Counted from the first letter of the whole stretch, positions 9,534 through 19,210 are shown. The stretch: DNA of 62,690 nucleotides, filler included, from Nitrospinae bacterium RIFCSPLOWO2_12_FULL_45_22 (GCA_001803565.1; 5 parts of 5 records of this genome joined end to end with filler, not necessarily neighbours in it); one strand, 5' to 3'. Notes: generated by a model not told the origin, from the sequence alone. Numbers and translations: made by a program.

Positions 9534-11030
9534 TTAATCAACCATGGACTTGAACACGGGCCTCATGACATATTCTCCCCTCTTTTCCTGGGTTATAGAA
9601 ACCGGTTTTTCAAATCCAAGCCCCTGCCAGTTCCGCTCTACCCAGTCTTGTACCTCCCTGGGGAATGCCCGCTCAAAGTCTACCCTCTTATTCGGGAGCT
9701 TGCTGGTACAATCGAAATAGACGGTCTTCTTGAGAGCCTCTTTCTTTTCTGCAATACTCAAAAAAGGCTCGTACTTAATGGCATGGGCAGCGGGAGCATT
9801 TATCTTCCTGATATCTCTACCAGGATGAACGTTTAATGAGAATTCCTCCATACCATCTTCGGTATTAGAAGGATTAACCGTGGCATCAACAATAAATGAC
9901 CTGAACAAGCCAGGTATGGAACCCTGAAAAGCCAGGGCTGCCCTACCTACCACATCAGGGCTATTTTTTAGGATAGATATCCAGAGATTAGCCCAGGTAG
10001 AAGACCCAAGGGGGCTTCCCCAGGCCGTTACTACGGGCAGATCATGATAAACTCTGAGTCGTCTCCACATCTCTACCCCGAAGGCAAAACCTAATGCCTT
10101 GCTGGAATTGGCAAACATACCCTCGACACAGAAGGGTATGATAGGGTCTTTCCGGTGGGTAATGGCTGTTACACGAACCACAGGTCGGGGCATCCGGGGT
10201 CCCTGGATAAAACCTGGATACTCACCAAAAGGCCCCTCATCCCAAAGCTCACCGGGACGTATAACACCCTCAATCACTATATCGGCATCGGCCGGTACAT
10301 ATAGATTATTGGTCTCACACTTAACCAATTCCAGGGGCTCCTGCCGCAGTCCACCGATCAACTCTGCCTCCCAAATACCCCACGGGGCCCGAAATGCCGC
10401 ACCTACAAAGGTCAATACATCGGCCCCTACATAATAGGCTACCGGCATCGGCTCGCCCCGGGCATGCCATTTCTTCATAATAATATCCCCTTGCTGGCCA
10501 TAGGTAGGGTCATAACCGATGCCATTACGGGTATGGATCATACCGCGGTAGTTGGCCCAGTTATTCCAGCGCTCCTCTGGGTCCTCCATGCACCAGCAGC
10601 CGGTGGTAGTATACCGACCCCCATCGCCATGATGCAGATAAGGCCAGGGAAACTTCAGGAGATTCGCCTCCTTACCCATCTGGATATGTTCTTTGCAGAG
10701 ACCGTTAGAGACTATGGTAGGAGGAATACCGGTATATAGTCGCCTCAAGAGTTCTGCCCCCAGGTCAAAAGGGTTGGCCTCAGGTGGTGCGCCAGCGGCT
10801 ATCGCCAGCCGGCGCCATATCTGATGCACAGGCCCAGCCCAGGGCTCTCCTAATAAGGTGTAACCTTCTGGATAACCCTTTATCTTCTTGAACCAGAGGA
10901 TCGGACCGCCTACCCGGCAAGACATGGTAGAGAAGGCCGCTGCCTCCAGATTCCAATCCACCTCCTCTTCTATCTCTACCAACTCACCCATTTCTCTCAG
11001 ACGCTTTATAAATTCTCTTACTGATGGCAT
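9534..11030 (-). CDS. Divergent UbiD-family prFMN (de)carboxylase
   Basis: EEVDWNLE, HHGDGGRY, NWANYRGM, DEGPFGEYPGF; catalytic R/E/E retained. Confidence 0.9.
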   Translation of the reverse strand: MPSVREFIKRLREMGELVEIEEEVDWNLEAAAFSTMSCRVGGPILWFKKIKGYPEGYTLLGEPWAGPVHQIWRRLAIAAGAPPEANPFDLGAELLRRLYTGIPPTIVSNGLCKEHIQMGKEANLLKFPWPYLHHGDGGRYTTTGCWCMEDPEERWNNWANYRGMIHTRNGIGYDPTYGQQGDIIMKKWHARGEPMPVAYYVGADVLTFVGAAFRAPWGIWEAELIGGLRQEPLELVKCETNNLYVPADADIVIEGVIRPGELWDEGPFGEYPGFIQGPRMPRPVVRVTAITHRKDPIIPFCVEGMFANSSKALGFAFGVEMWRRLRVYHDLPVVTAWGSPLGSSTWANLWISILKNSPDVVGRAALAFQGSIPGLFRSFIVDATVNPSNTEDGMEEFSLNVHPGRDIRKINAPAAHAIKYEPFLSIAEKKEALKKTVYFDCTSKLPNKRVDFERAFPREVQDWVERNWQGLGFEKPVSITQEKRGEYVMRPVFKSMVD

Positions 11031-11050
11031 TCTCGCCTCCTTCCCCTTAT

Positions 11051-11287
11051 TTAGGTAAGTTCTTCTATGGCTATAACCTTAACATAAACCTCCCCGGCTT
11101 CAAGACCAAAGCGGCCAAAGACCTTCAGCTTCTCTGCCTCGGGAAACTCCTTGCGGCAGATAAGGGTATTGGCATAGAGCCAGGTCTTATCCGTATCGTC
11201 TAATAGCTTAACCCTCATTTCTCTGGGCGATGCTTCCAAAGCACCCCAGGTCTCTTCTAGTGATCTATAATCCACTTGATAAGCCAT
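11051..11287 (-). CDS. Small protein, possible third highly diverged gamma-like subunit
   Basis: 78 aa with GGAGG RBS, between two UbiD genes; FP...KLKV.GR.G.....YVKVIAIEE loosely echoes the gamma C-terminal half. Confidence 0.5.
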   Translation of the reverse strand: MAYQVDYRSLEETWGALEASPREMRVKLLDDTDKTWLYANTLICRKEFPEAEKLKVFGRFGLEAGEVYVKVIAIEELT

Positions 11288-11334
11288 AATTCTTTCCTCC
11301 CCCTATAATTAATACCATAGGAATTTCCCCTTCA

Positions 11335-11510
11335 GACACGGATGAAGACACAAAATCCTAAATCCTAATATCTAAATCCTAAAACAAATTCAAAATTAAA
11401 ATGACCTAATTTCAAAATAGTTTTGAGCATTTGGGCTTTGGATTTTGATATTGTTTAGAATTTAGGATTTCAAATTTAGAGTCTGTCTTAATTACTATCT
11501 GTGTGTATTT
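11335..11510. repeat. Nested intergenic palindrome (AAATCCT heptamer hairpin inside ACACGGATG/ATCTGTGT arms)
   Basis: AAATCCTAAATCCTAATATCTAAATCCTAAAAC...GTTTAGAATTTAGGATTT inner arms at about 11352-11480. Confidence 0.75.
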
Positions 11511-11533
11511 CGAAAATCTATATCCTAACTAAT

Positions 11534-12506
11534 TTAATCTACCATAGATTTAAACATTGGCCTCATAATATATTCTCCCCTCTTCCCTTTAAAAATAGAG
11601 GCCGGTTTTTCAAACCCCAACCTTTGCCAGTTCTGTGCTACCCAATCCTGTAACTCTCGGGGAAAGGCCCGCTCGAAGTCCACCCATTCATTATCCTGCT
11701 TAGCCGTACAATCGAAATAGACCCCTTTCTTAAGCCCCTCTTTTTTCTCTTCAATGCTCAAAAATGGCTCATACTTTATTCCAGTACATGCCGGGGCATT
11801 CACCTTCCTTATGTCCTTACTGGGATGGACATTTAGTGCGAAGGCTTCCATAGCGTCTTCGTTATTAGAGGGGTCTACTGAGGCATCTATAATGAAAGAT
11901 TTAGTGGTTATTGGTAGAAATCCATGCTGTCCAAGGGCAGCCCTATTGACAACATCGGGGCTGGTCTTTTCTAGCGCTATCCAGAAGCTGGCATACCCAG
12001 AGGGCATAGGGGCGGGCCAGACGCCTATTACAGGTAAATCATAATATACCCTGAGACGACGCCATACTTCGGCTGCAAAGCCAATTCCCAATGCCTTACT
12101 GGATGTAGCATACATACCTTCTACACAATAAGGTATAATCGGGTCTTTTCTGTGAGTGATGGCTGTTACGCGAACCACAGGCCGGGGCATCCTGGGCCCC
12201 TGGATAAAACCCGGGTATTCACCAAAGGGCCCCTCATCCCAAAGCTCACCAGGTCGAATGACACCCTCAATCACAATATCGGCATCGGCCGGTACATAGA
12301 GATGATTGGTCTCACACTTGACCAGCTCCAGGGGCTCCTGCCGCAGTCCACCGATCAACTCCGCCTCCCAAATACCCCACGGGGCACGAAACGCCGCACC
12401 TACAAAGGTCAAAACATCTGAGCCTACATAATAGGCCACCGGCATCGGCTCACCCCGGGCATGCCACTTCTTCATAATAAGATCCCCTTGCTGGCCATAG
12501 GTAGGG
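11534..12506 (-). CDS. UbiD-family paralog of 9534-11030 (5' part lost at contig end)
   Basis: Frame stays open to the spacer; only 2 substitutions in the 115 aa MKKW...DPIIP shared with the 498-aa paralog. Confidence 0.9.
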
Positions 12507-12606
12507 NNNNNNNNNNNNNNNNNNNNNNNNNNNNNNNNNNNNNNNNNNNNTTAATTAATTAANNNNNNNNNNNNNNNNNNNNNNNNNNNNNNNNNNNNNN
12601 NNNNNN
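12507..12606. other. Artificial contig-joining spacer
   Basis: N44-TTAATTAATTAA-N44 (stops in all frames). Confidence 0.97.
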
Positions 12607-12724
12607 CTTTGAGTTGGCTAAAAAAATCTATCCCTTCTCTCTCCATATGTCGGGCTATCCTATAAGCCTCCAGGGTATTAAAGTCATAAATCTTGATCTC
12701 ATCATCTTTAATCTCAAATTTCAT
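12607..12724 (-). CDS. Ferritin/rubrerythrin-like protein (N-terminal fragment)
   Basis: Read manually: MKFEIKDDEIKIYDFNTLEAYRIARHMEREGIDFFSQLK, a typical first helix (A..ME.EG..F); cut by contig end. Confidence 0.6.
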
Positions 12725-12751
12725 AGCCTTTCATTACTTCCTTACTATTTT

Positions 12752-13597
12752 TTATGGGATCTTGTCTACATCTTTGAAAATCCCCAAGGGATATTCCTCT
12801 AGCATATGGCTCATGATCCACTTAATTGACTCTAACGGTGTCTTTTTGAAGGTGGGGGGACAGGCAGATAATATTTCTACAAAGCTATAGCCTACACCAT
12901 CTATCTGTTTCTGGAAGGCCGTTTTTACTGTTTTTAGGGCCTGATTGAATTGGGCTGGGCTAGTCAGGGCACAGCGGGCGGAAAAGGCCATACCTGTCAT
13001 AGTGGCCAGCAGCTCTGCTACATGGATGGGATACCCAAATCCCTGAGGTTGTCTACCTTCCGGGGTAGTAGTAGTGACCTGGTCTAAAAGGGTAGTGGGG
13101 GCCATCTGGCCACCAGTAGTGCCATAGCCAGCATTATTACAAAAGATAGTAGTGAGTTTCTCTCCCCGGTTAACCGCATTTATCATATCACCCATGCCGA
13201 TAGCTGCCAGGTCCCCATCGCCCTGGACAGTAAAAACAATGGGTTTGCCGTGGAGGGATCGTTTTATACCGGTGGCTACCTCAGGGGCCCGGCCGTGCAG
13301 GGCCATAATAGCATCTATCTTTAGCATACCCATCCCCATAGCATGGCAGCCTACACCACCTACACCAATACAATGTCCCCGGATCTTTAACTCATCAATG
13401 GCTTCACCAATAAGGCGATAGATCAGGCCATGCTGGCAGCCAGGACACAGAATAGTGGGGAGGTCATGCATACATTCTGGCCGGGAATAGACTATCTCTC
13501 GCTCTACTTTTTCATCTATATTTTCTTTAATTGTTGAACTTATAATTCTGCCAGAAAAGGGCTCTCGCTTAACATTTTCGTCTACCTTTCTTTTCAT
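12752..13597 (-). CDS. 2-oxoacid:ferredoxin oxidoreductase beta subunit (TPP-binding, VOR-like)
   Basis: CPGCQHG, VGC, HGRA, QGDGDLAAIG...NNAGYGTTGGQMAPTT, LSACP. Confidence 0.92.
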   Translation of the reverse strand: MKRKVDENVKREPFSGRIISSTIKENIDEKVEREIVYSRPECMHDLPTILCPGCQHGLIYRLIGEAIDELKIRGHCIGVGGVGCHAMGMGMLKIDAIMALHGRAPEVATGIKRSLHGKPIVFTVQGDGDLAAIGMGDMINAVNRGEKLTTIFCNNAGYGTTGGQMAPTTLLDQVTTTTPEGRQPQGFGYPIHVAELLATMTGMAFSARCALTSPAQFNQALKTVKTAFQKQIDGVGYSFVEILSACPPTFKKTPLESIKWIMSHMLEEYPLGIFKDVDKIP

Positions 13598-13640
13598 GGT
13601 AATTCCTTTCCTTCTTGCATAACAGCAGTATCTGCGGCTA

Positions 13641-13664
13641 GGCAGGGTAAGACCCTGCAGCTAC
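13641..13664 (-). repeat. GTAG-type REP
   Basis: Minus strand GTAGCT-GCAGGGT-CTT-ACCCTGC-C hairpin. Confidence 0.6.
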
Positions 13665-13666
13665 TG

Positions 13667-14770
13667 TTAGATTAATCTCTTTACCTCTTGCAAAACGGTC
13701 TTAGGGAAGATCATACCGCTGGACGTAACCAGGTGGCGATGGGCAATGCCAACCAGGTGTACTTCTGCCTTATCTTGCACTGCGGCTTGCACATCCCGCA
13801 GCATCTGTCCCAGGTTGTCTTCTACTACCACGAATTTTTTGGTATGCTGGGCCGCAGCCCTTATTATCTGGGTGGGGAAAGGCCAGAGGGTGATAGGTCT
13901 AATAAAGCCAACTCTTAACCCTTCTTTCCGGGCCTGGTGATAAGCCCATAAAGAACTACGGGCACTGGAGCCAAAGGATACCACTATTAGGTCTGCATCT
14001 TCGGTATGGCCGGCCTGATAGCGGACCTCTTTTTCGGTCATCTCCTGGTATTTTTTGGTTATACGTATCATATAATCTCTGTAACTACCAAGGATTCCTG
14101 GGGCATTCTGGATAAACCTACCTGGATCATCATGATCACCAACAGTAGTTAGAGCCCAACTCTTTTTATCGGGGAGCGGCCCAAAGTCTAATCTGTGCAA
14201 CTCTAAGCCTTCCTGCATCTGCCCAATGATAGCATCAGTCAGGATAATGACCGGATGGCGGTACTTATCTGCCAGACAAAAGGCTAATTGGACCAGCTCA
14301 AAGGTCTCTTGCACTGAAGCGGGGGATAAGACAATGTTGTGATAGCCGCCATTGCCTCCACCCCGGGTAACCTGCATATAGTCCATCTGAGAAGTCTGGG
14401 TATTGCCACCACCAGGGCCACCACGCTGGACATCTGCGATGACACAGGGGAGTTCTGATGCTGCAAGGGTAGAGATCCCTTCCTGCATGAGACTAAAACC
14501 GGTACTGGAAGAAGAGGTCATGGCCCTTACACCGGTAGCGGCCGCACCATAGAGCATATTTATAGAAGATACCTCACTCTCGGTCTGGACAAATACTCCA
14601 CCCACCTTGGGTAGTTCGCGGGCAAAGAATTCTACTACCTCATTCTGCGGGGTTATAGGATAACCGAAATAACAGCGACAATCGGCATATAGGGCACCAT
14701 AACCCAGGGCTTCATTACCATTAATCAACCTTTTCTCTAGCATAATAGCTCCATTCTTCTCTTGCGTCAT
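13667..14770 (-). CDS. 2-oxoacid:ferredoxin oxidoreductase alpha subunit (VorB-like)
   Basis: GNEA, YFGYPITPQ, QTESEV, TSSSSTGFSLMQE, QRGGPG, RPITLWPFP. Confidence 0.92.
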   Translation of the reverse strand: MTQEKNGAIMLEKRLINGNEALGYGALYADCRCYFGYPITPQNEVVEFFARELPKVGGVFVQTESEVSSINMLYGAAATGVRAMTSSSSTGFSLMQEGISTLAASELPCVIADVQRGGPGGGNTQTSQMDYMQVTRGGGNGGYHNIVLSPASVQETFELVQLAFCLADKYRHPVIILTDAIIGQMQEGLELHRLDFGPLPDKKSWALTTVGDHDDPGRFIQNAPGILGSYRDYMIRITKKYQEMTEKEVRYQAGHTEDADLIVVSFGSSARSSLWAYHQARKEGLRVGFIRPITLWPFPTQIIRAAAQHTKKFVVVEDNLGQMLRDVQAAVQDKAEVHLVGIAHRHLVTSSGMIFPKTVLQEVKRLI

Positions 14771-14843
14771 TAGGTTAGTGCGGCATTGTGTTATCAGGTC
14801 ATTGGGCGATAGCGTTAATGGGTTATTAGGTCACCTAATGACC
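14766..14843. repeat. Intergenic palindromic element (ATTAGGTC family)
   Basis: GTCATTAGGT...ACCTAATGAC arms with internal 8-nt periodic units; same family at ~39281 and 61601. Confidence 0.65.
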
Positions 14844-15617
14844 TCATAAAATCTCTTTTACGTTTTTAAACTCTCCTAAAGGATACTCGGCTATCATATA
14901 TTCTTCTACCCACTTCAGGGCCTTATTGGGCGGCATATGAAGGGTAGAAGGGCAGGCAGATAGTATCTCTACAAACCCATAGCCTATACCATCCATCTGT
15001 TTCTGGAAGGCCAGGTTAAGGAATTTTTTGGTCTGATTATAATTTTTGCGAGACGTTAACGCACCCCGGGCAGAATAGGCTGTCCCTCGCAGCATAGCCA
15101 GCATCTCTGCTACATGGATAGGATAGCCTGCTACCTGGGGGTCTCGTCCAGTAGGGGTAGTAGTGGTGACTTGCTCTAATAAGGTAGTGGGGGCCATCTG
15201 GCCACCAGTGGTGCCATAGCCAGCGTTGTTGCAAAAGATAGTAGTCAATTTTTCCCCCCGGCCTATGGCATTAATGATATCGCCCATGCCAATAGCCGCC
15301 AGGTCACCATCGCCCTGGATAGTAAATACAATGGGTTTGCCACCCTGGGAGCGCTTTATCCCGGTAGCGACGCCCGGACCCCGGCCATGCAAGGCAAAGA
15401 CAAAGTCGGTAGCAATGGTCCCTATCATAAACCCATGACAGCCCACACCGGCTACACCAATAGCCTGTTTCTTGATGCCCAGTTCATCTATGGCCTCACA
15501 GATAACCCGGGCCACGGTGCCATAATGACAGCCCGGGCAATACATAGTTGGCAATCCGGTATAGGATTCCGGGCCCCCACAGAGCAATTCTCTTTCAGGA
15601 TGATCTATTTGTGGCAT
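14844..15617 (-). CDS. 2-oxoacid:ferredoxin oxidoreductase beta subunit (second copy)
   Basis: CPGCHYG, GDGDLAAIG, GGQMAPTT. Confidence 0.92.
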   Translation of the reverse strand: MPQIDHPERELLCGGPESYTGLPTMYCPGCHYGTVARVICEAIDELGIKKQAIGVAGVGCHGFMIGTIATDFVFALHGRGPGVATGIKRSQGGKPIVFTIQGDGDLAAIGMGDIINAIGRGEKLTTIFCNNAGYGTTGGQMAPTTLLEQVTTTTPTGRDPQVAGYPIHVAEMLAMLRGTAYSARGALTSRKNYNQTKKFLNLAFQKQMDGIGYGFVEILSACPSTLHMPPNKALKWVEEYMIAEYPLGEFKNVKEIL

Positions 15618-16684
15618 AAGATGTTTTTCACCTCCTCGGAGACAGTCTTGGGAAAGATCATACCACTGGATGTAGGTAAGTGACGGGCTAGAGAGCCTAA
15701 CAAATGTACCCCTGCCCTTCCTTCCACCGCAAATTCAACGTCTTCAACGAGTTGGCCTAAACTGTCTTCTACTACCAGGAAATTTCTTACCCTATGAGAG
15801 GTCTCCCGGATGATTTTTGTCGGGAAAGGCCATAGGGTAATGGGTCTGATTAGGCCCACTTTGTACCCTTCTGGTCGAAGACGGCGTAATGTTTCTAAAG
15901 ATATCCTGGCGCTAGACCCATAAGCTACTATCACCATCTCGGCATCTTCGATCTCGTAAGTTTTAAAGCGCACTTCATTATCAGTGATCTCCTGGTATTT
16001 CTTCCCCAGATTAACAATTATATCGCGATAGTTATTGAAAAAGGTCCAGATATTGGGTACCGTATTTCTGTATTTACGCTCTCCCTGGCCGGTAGCGGCC
16101 CAATCTTTGGCGGGCAAGGGGCCGAAGTTGATGGAATAGAGCTCCAGATTCTCCATCATCTGCCCTAAGATAGCATCAGAGAGGACAATGACCGGGTGGT
16201 GGTATTTATCTGCCAGATAAAAGGCCCGCTGGATTAATTCAAAGATCTCCTGGACGGAAAATGGTGCCAGGACAAGGGGGTAGTAATCACCATTGCCACC
16301 ACCTTTAGTCACTTGGGCATAATCCATCTGGGCGGTTTGGGTAGAACCAGCCCCCGGCCCTCCTCGTTGGACATCAACAATAACTGCCGGTAAGCTACAA
16401 TAGGCCATATGGGCTATACATTCCTGCATCAGGCTGAACCCAGTACTGGATGAAGAAGTCATGGCCCGTACCCCAGTAGCTACCGCACCATAAAGCATAT
16501 TTATAGAGGTAAGTTCACTCTCGGTTTGGACAAAATTACCGCCTATTTTAGGCAGCTCCCGGGCAAAGAATTCTACTACTTCATTCTGGGGGGTTATGGG
16601 GTAGCCAAAATAGTTCCTACAGCCAGCATAAATAGCGCCATAACCCACGGCCTCATTTCCTGTGATCAAGAGCTTTTTTCCCAT
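15605..16684 (-). CDS. 2-oxoacid:ferredoxin oxidoreductase alpha subunit (second copy)
   Basis: YFGYPITPQ, QRGGPG, RPITLWPFP. Confidence 0.92.
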   Translation of the reverse strand: MGKKLLITGNEAVGYGAIYAGCRNYFGYPITPQNEVVEFFARELPKIGGNFVQTESELTSINMLYGAVATGVRAMTSSSSTGFSLMQECIAHMAYCSLPAVIVDVQRGGPGAGSTQTAQMDYAQVTKGGGNGDYYPLVLAPFSVQEIFELIQRAFYLADKYHHPVIVLSDAILGQMMENLELYSINFGPLPAKDWAATGQGERKYRNTVPNIWTFFNNYRDIIVNLGKKYQEITDNEVRFKTYEIEDAEMVIVAYGSSARISLETLRRLRPEGYKVGLIRPITLWPFPTKIIRETSHRVRNFLVVEDSLGQLVEDVEFAVEGRAGVHLLGSLARHLPTSSGMIFPKTVSEEVKNILCHK

Positions 16685-16708
16685 CTCCTCTTCCTTCCTT
16701 CACTTTCT

Positions 16709-16787
16709 TGCAAAACAAGCTTTGCCACTACATATTCCTGTAACAACGCTGGTTTCATGAGGTATGCAGTGATCGAGCTTGCTTGAC
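16709..16787. repeat. Divergent pair of GTAG-type REPs
   Basis: Minus-strand GTAGTGGCAAAGCTTGTTTTGCA plus degenerate plus-strand GCAGTGATCGAGCTTGCTTGAC; the same pair recurs at 61562-61680. Confidence 0.65.
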
Positions 16788-16797
16788 AACACATTTT

Positions 16798-17235
16798 TTA
16801 GTGATGACTAATTACCACTACCGTTATTTCATCACCATCCTGAACCTTTAAGCGTTCTTTTAGATTATAAGGGGCTATAATCTCCAGCTTATCGGCCGGA
16901 TATTCTGGTACCAACGGGATAACAATAGCCCCTGGTATGCTTCCCTGGATCATTATTTTATAACATATCCCCTGGCAGAATGCCGGATTATCCGGGGCAA
17001 TGACTATACCCGGACGGCTTTTTAACTTCTGAAGACCCTCTAATGCTAGAGGGTTTTCTAATTTTAAATTAAGGGTCCCCGGATAGGGATTGATACCCAC
17101 CTTATTAAGGAACTGTTCTTTGGCCCAAGGCAATTCAGTAAATACCTTTCCCTCTCCTAGGCCAGAGACTATCTTCCCATACAGGGTAAGACCAGTTAAG
17201 ATATCTTTATCTTCTGAATATTGCAAACCAGTCAT
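16798..17235 (-). CDS. ribK: CTP-dependent (archaeal-type) riboflavin kinase
   Basis: GKIVSGLGEG, PYPGTLN, LEIIAPYNLKERLKVQDGD signature. Confidence 0.88.
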   Translation of the reverse strand: MTGLQYSEDKDILTGLTLYGKIVSGLGEGKVFTELPWAKEQFLNKVGINPYPGTLNLKLENPLALEGLQKLKSRPGIVIAPDNPAFCQGICYKIMIQGSIPGAIVIPLVPEYPADKLEIIAPYNLKERLKVQDGDEITVVVISHH

Positions 17236-17248
17236 TTCTCCTTAGTAC

Positions 17249-17378
17249 GTAAGCGTTCAGCCGTCAGCTATCAGCAAGACTTAGCGTAAGGCGTTAGGGG
17301 TAAGGCGTGAGGAGAAATTTTTCTTACCCCTAACGATTGTTTTTAACTGAAAACTGACTGCTGATAGCTGAAGGCTTA
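17249..17378. repeat. Nested palindromic element (GTAAGCGTTCAGC family enclosing GTTAGGG family)
   Basis: Outer GTAAGCGTTCAGCCGTCAGCTATCAGC...GCTGATAGCTGAAGGCTTA; inner CGTTAGGGGTAAG...CTTACCCCTAACG. Confidence 0.8.
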
Positions 17379-17379
17379 T

Positions 17380-17943
17380 CTAAGAATTGCCCCAACGGTG
17401 ATAGAGATTATGCTCAATATTAAAAAGGTCCAGGACTTTCCCTACCGTCTGATCAACTATATCGGTTATGGTCTTAGGGCCATTATAAAACGCCGGTGTC
17501 GGCGGCAAGATTATAGCCCCCATCTCCGTTGCCCGCTCTAGATTCCGGATATGACCGAGGTGCAGAGGTGTTTCCCGGAAGAGGAGGACTAATCTTCTCC
17601 TCTCCTTAAGCACCACATCGCAAGCCCTTACCAATAAATTATCATTATAGGAATGGGCGATAGCCGATAAGGTTTTTGCACTACAAGGGGCCACTATCAT
17701 CCCATCGGTACGGAAAGAGCCACTGGAAATCGGCGCTGCAATATCGTCAACCGCATGGCAATAATTGGCCAATTTTTCTATTCTTGCTATTTCTTTATAG
17801 GCTGTTTCCAGGGCTATAGTCTTTTTACCGGGGTCGGTGATTACCAGGTGGGTTTCTATCTCGGGGTGAGTATTCAATACTTCTAACAGCCTTATGCCGT
17901 AGATAGCGCCACTAGCGCCAGATATGCCAATGATCAGCTTCAA
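17380..17943 (-). CDS. ubiX: Flavin prenyltransferase UbiX
   Basis: GISGASGAIYG, APISSGS, APCS.KTL, LKERRRLVL..RETP, PAFY. Confidence 0.95.
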   Translation of the reverse strand: MKLIIGISGASGAIYGIRLLEVLNTHPEIETHLVITDPGKKTIALETAYKEIARIEKLANYCHAVDDIAAPISSGSFRTDGMIVAPCSAKTLSAIAHSYNDNLLVRACDVVLKERRRLVLLFRETPLHLGHIRNLERATEMGAIILPPTPAFYNGPKTITDIVDQTVGKVLDLFNIEHNLYHRWGNS

Positions 17944-17956
17944 GGTTCTCTCTCTC

Positions 17957-19180
17957 TCACAGATTAACTATCTTATCTTCCTTATATTCCAGAAGGTGTC
18001 CCAGCTTCTCTTTTTTAGTCCTAAGATATTGTATGTTTTCTGGCGTGTAGATGGTTTCAATCGGCACTCTTTCGGTGACTCGTAAGCCGAAGCCTTCAAT
18101 GCCAACCACTTTCTTAGGGTTATTGGTTAAGAGACGGATAGTAGAGAGGCCAAGATCGGCCAGTATTTGTGCCCCAATACCATAATCCCGGAGGTCGGCT
18201 GGGAAGCCCAATTCCAGATTAGCTTCTACGGTATCTTTACCTTCATCCTGGAGCTTATAAGCCTTTATCTTATTAAGCAGGCCAATGCCCCGACCTTCCT
18301 GGGACATATAGAGAAATACACCCTGGCCCTCGGCCTGGATTCTCCTCAAGGCATCTTCCATCTGGTGGCCACAATCACAGCGTAAGGAGCGAAATACATC
18401 ACCGGTCAAGCACTGGGAGTGGACCCTTACCAGGACATCTTCCTTCCCTTGTACATCTCCTGTAACCAGAGCTACATGGGCCTTTTCGTCCAGGATGCAG
18501 ATATAGCCAACGGCCATGAATTCACCAAATCTGGTAGGCAATTTTGCCTCAGCTATTTTTTCGATAAGGCGCTCTGTCCGGCGGCGATATTGGATCAGAT
18601 CAGCTACTGAAGCAATTTTCAACTGGAACTGTCTGGCTACTCCGATGAGCTGGGGTAATCGAGCCATAGTCCCATCATCGTTCATTATTTCACAAAGGAC
18701 CCCGGCCGGGAAAAGGCCAGCTAGCCGGGCCAGGTCTACTGCGGCTTCTGTATGGCCAGCCCTCTGCAACACCCCACCTTTCTTGGCTGCTAAAGGGAAT
18801 ATATGGCCTGGTTTACTGATATCCTGCGGGCCAGTAGCAGGGTTAACTACAGCCAGGATAGTAACAGCCCGATCATAGGCAGAGATGCCAGTCGTAATTT
18901 TGCCTTTAGCACCAATAGATACCGTGAAGGCCGTGCCATGAGTAGAGGTATTATTTTCTACCATTAGCGGTATTTCCAGCTCCCGCAGTCTCTCTTCGCA
19001 GCAAGGCATACAGATCAAACCCCGGCCATACCTGGATATAAAGTTGATGGCCTCGGGAGTGACTTTTTCGGCAGCCATCAAAAAATCACCTTCATTTTCC
19101 CGGTCTTCATCATCAACCATGATGATCATCTTACCTGCCCTGATATCTTCTATCACTTCTTCAATCTTATTGAATGGCAA
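17957..19180 (-). CDS. ribBA: Bifunctional DHBP synthase / GTP cyclohydrolase II
   Basis: [50 protein letters not shown]. Confidence 0.96.
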   Translation of the reverse strand: MPFNKIEEVIEDIRAGKMIIMVDDEDRENEGDFLMAAEKVTPEAINFISRYGRGLICMPCCEERLRELEIPLMVENNTSTHGTAFTVSIGAKGKITTGISAYDRAVTILAVVNPATGPQDISKPGHIFPLAAKKGGVLQRAGHTEAAVDLARLAGLFPAGVLCEIMNDDGTMARLPQLIGVARQFQLKIASVADLIQYRRRTERLIEKIAEAKLPTRFGEFMAVGYICILDEKAHVALVTGDVQGKEDVLVRVHSQCLTGDVFRSLRCDCGHQMEDALRRIQAEGQGVFLYMSQEGRGIGLLNKIKAYKLQDEGKDTVEANLELGFPADLRDYGIGAQILADLGLSTIRLLTNNPKKVVGIEGFGLRVTERVPIETIYTPENIQYLRTKKEKLGHLLEYKEDKIVNL

Positions 19181-19210
19181 CCTTCATCCCCCCTCTTTTG
19201 GGTCATTGAA

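Noticed and set aside
7591-11510. CRISPR array suggested by short repeated units
   Set aside because: The units are 7-9-nt tandem repeats forming hairpins, with no constant repeat and unique spacer pattern and no cas genes
12507-12606. TTAATTAATTAA motif repeated four times in the window
   Set aside because: Always centred in identical N44 blocks; an artificial contig linker, not biology
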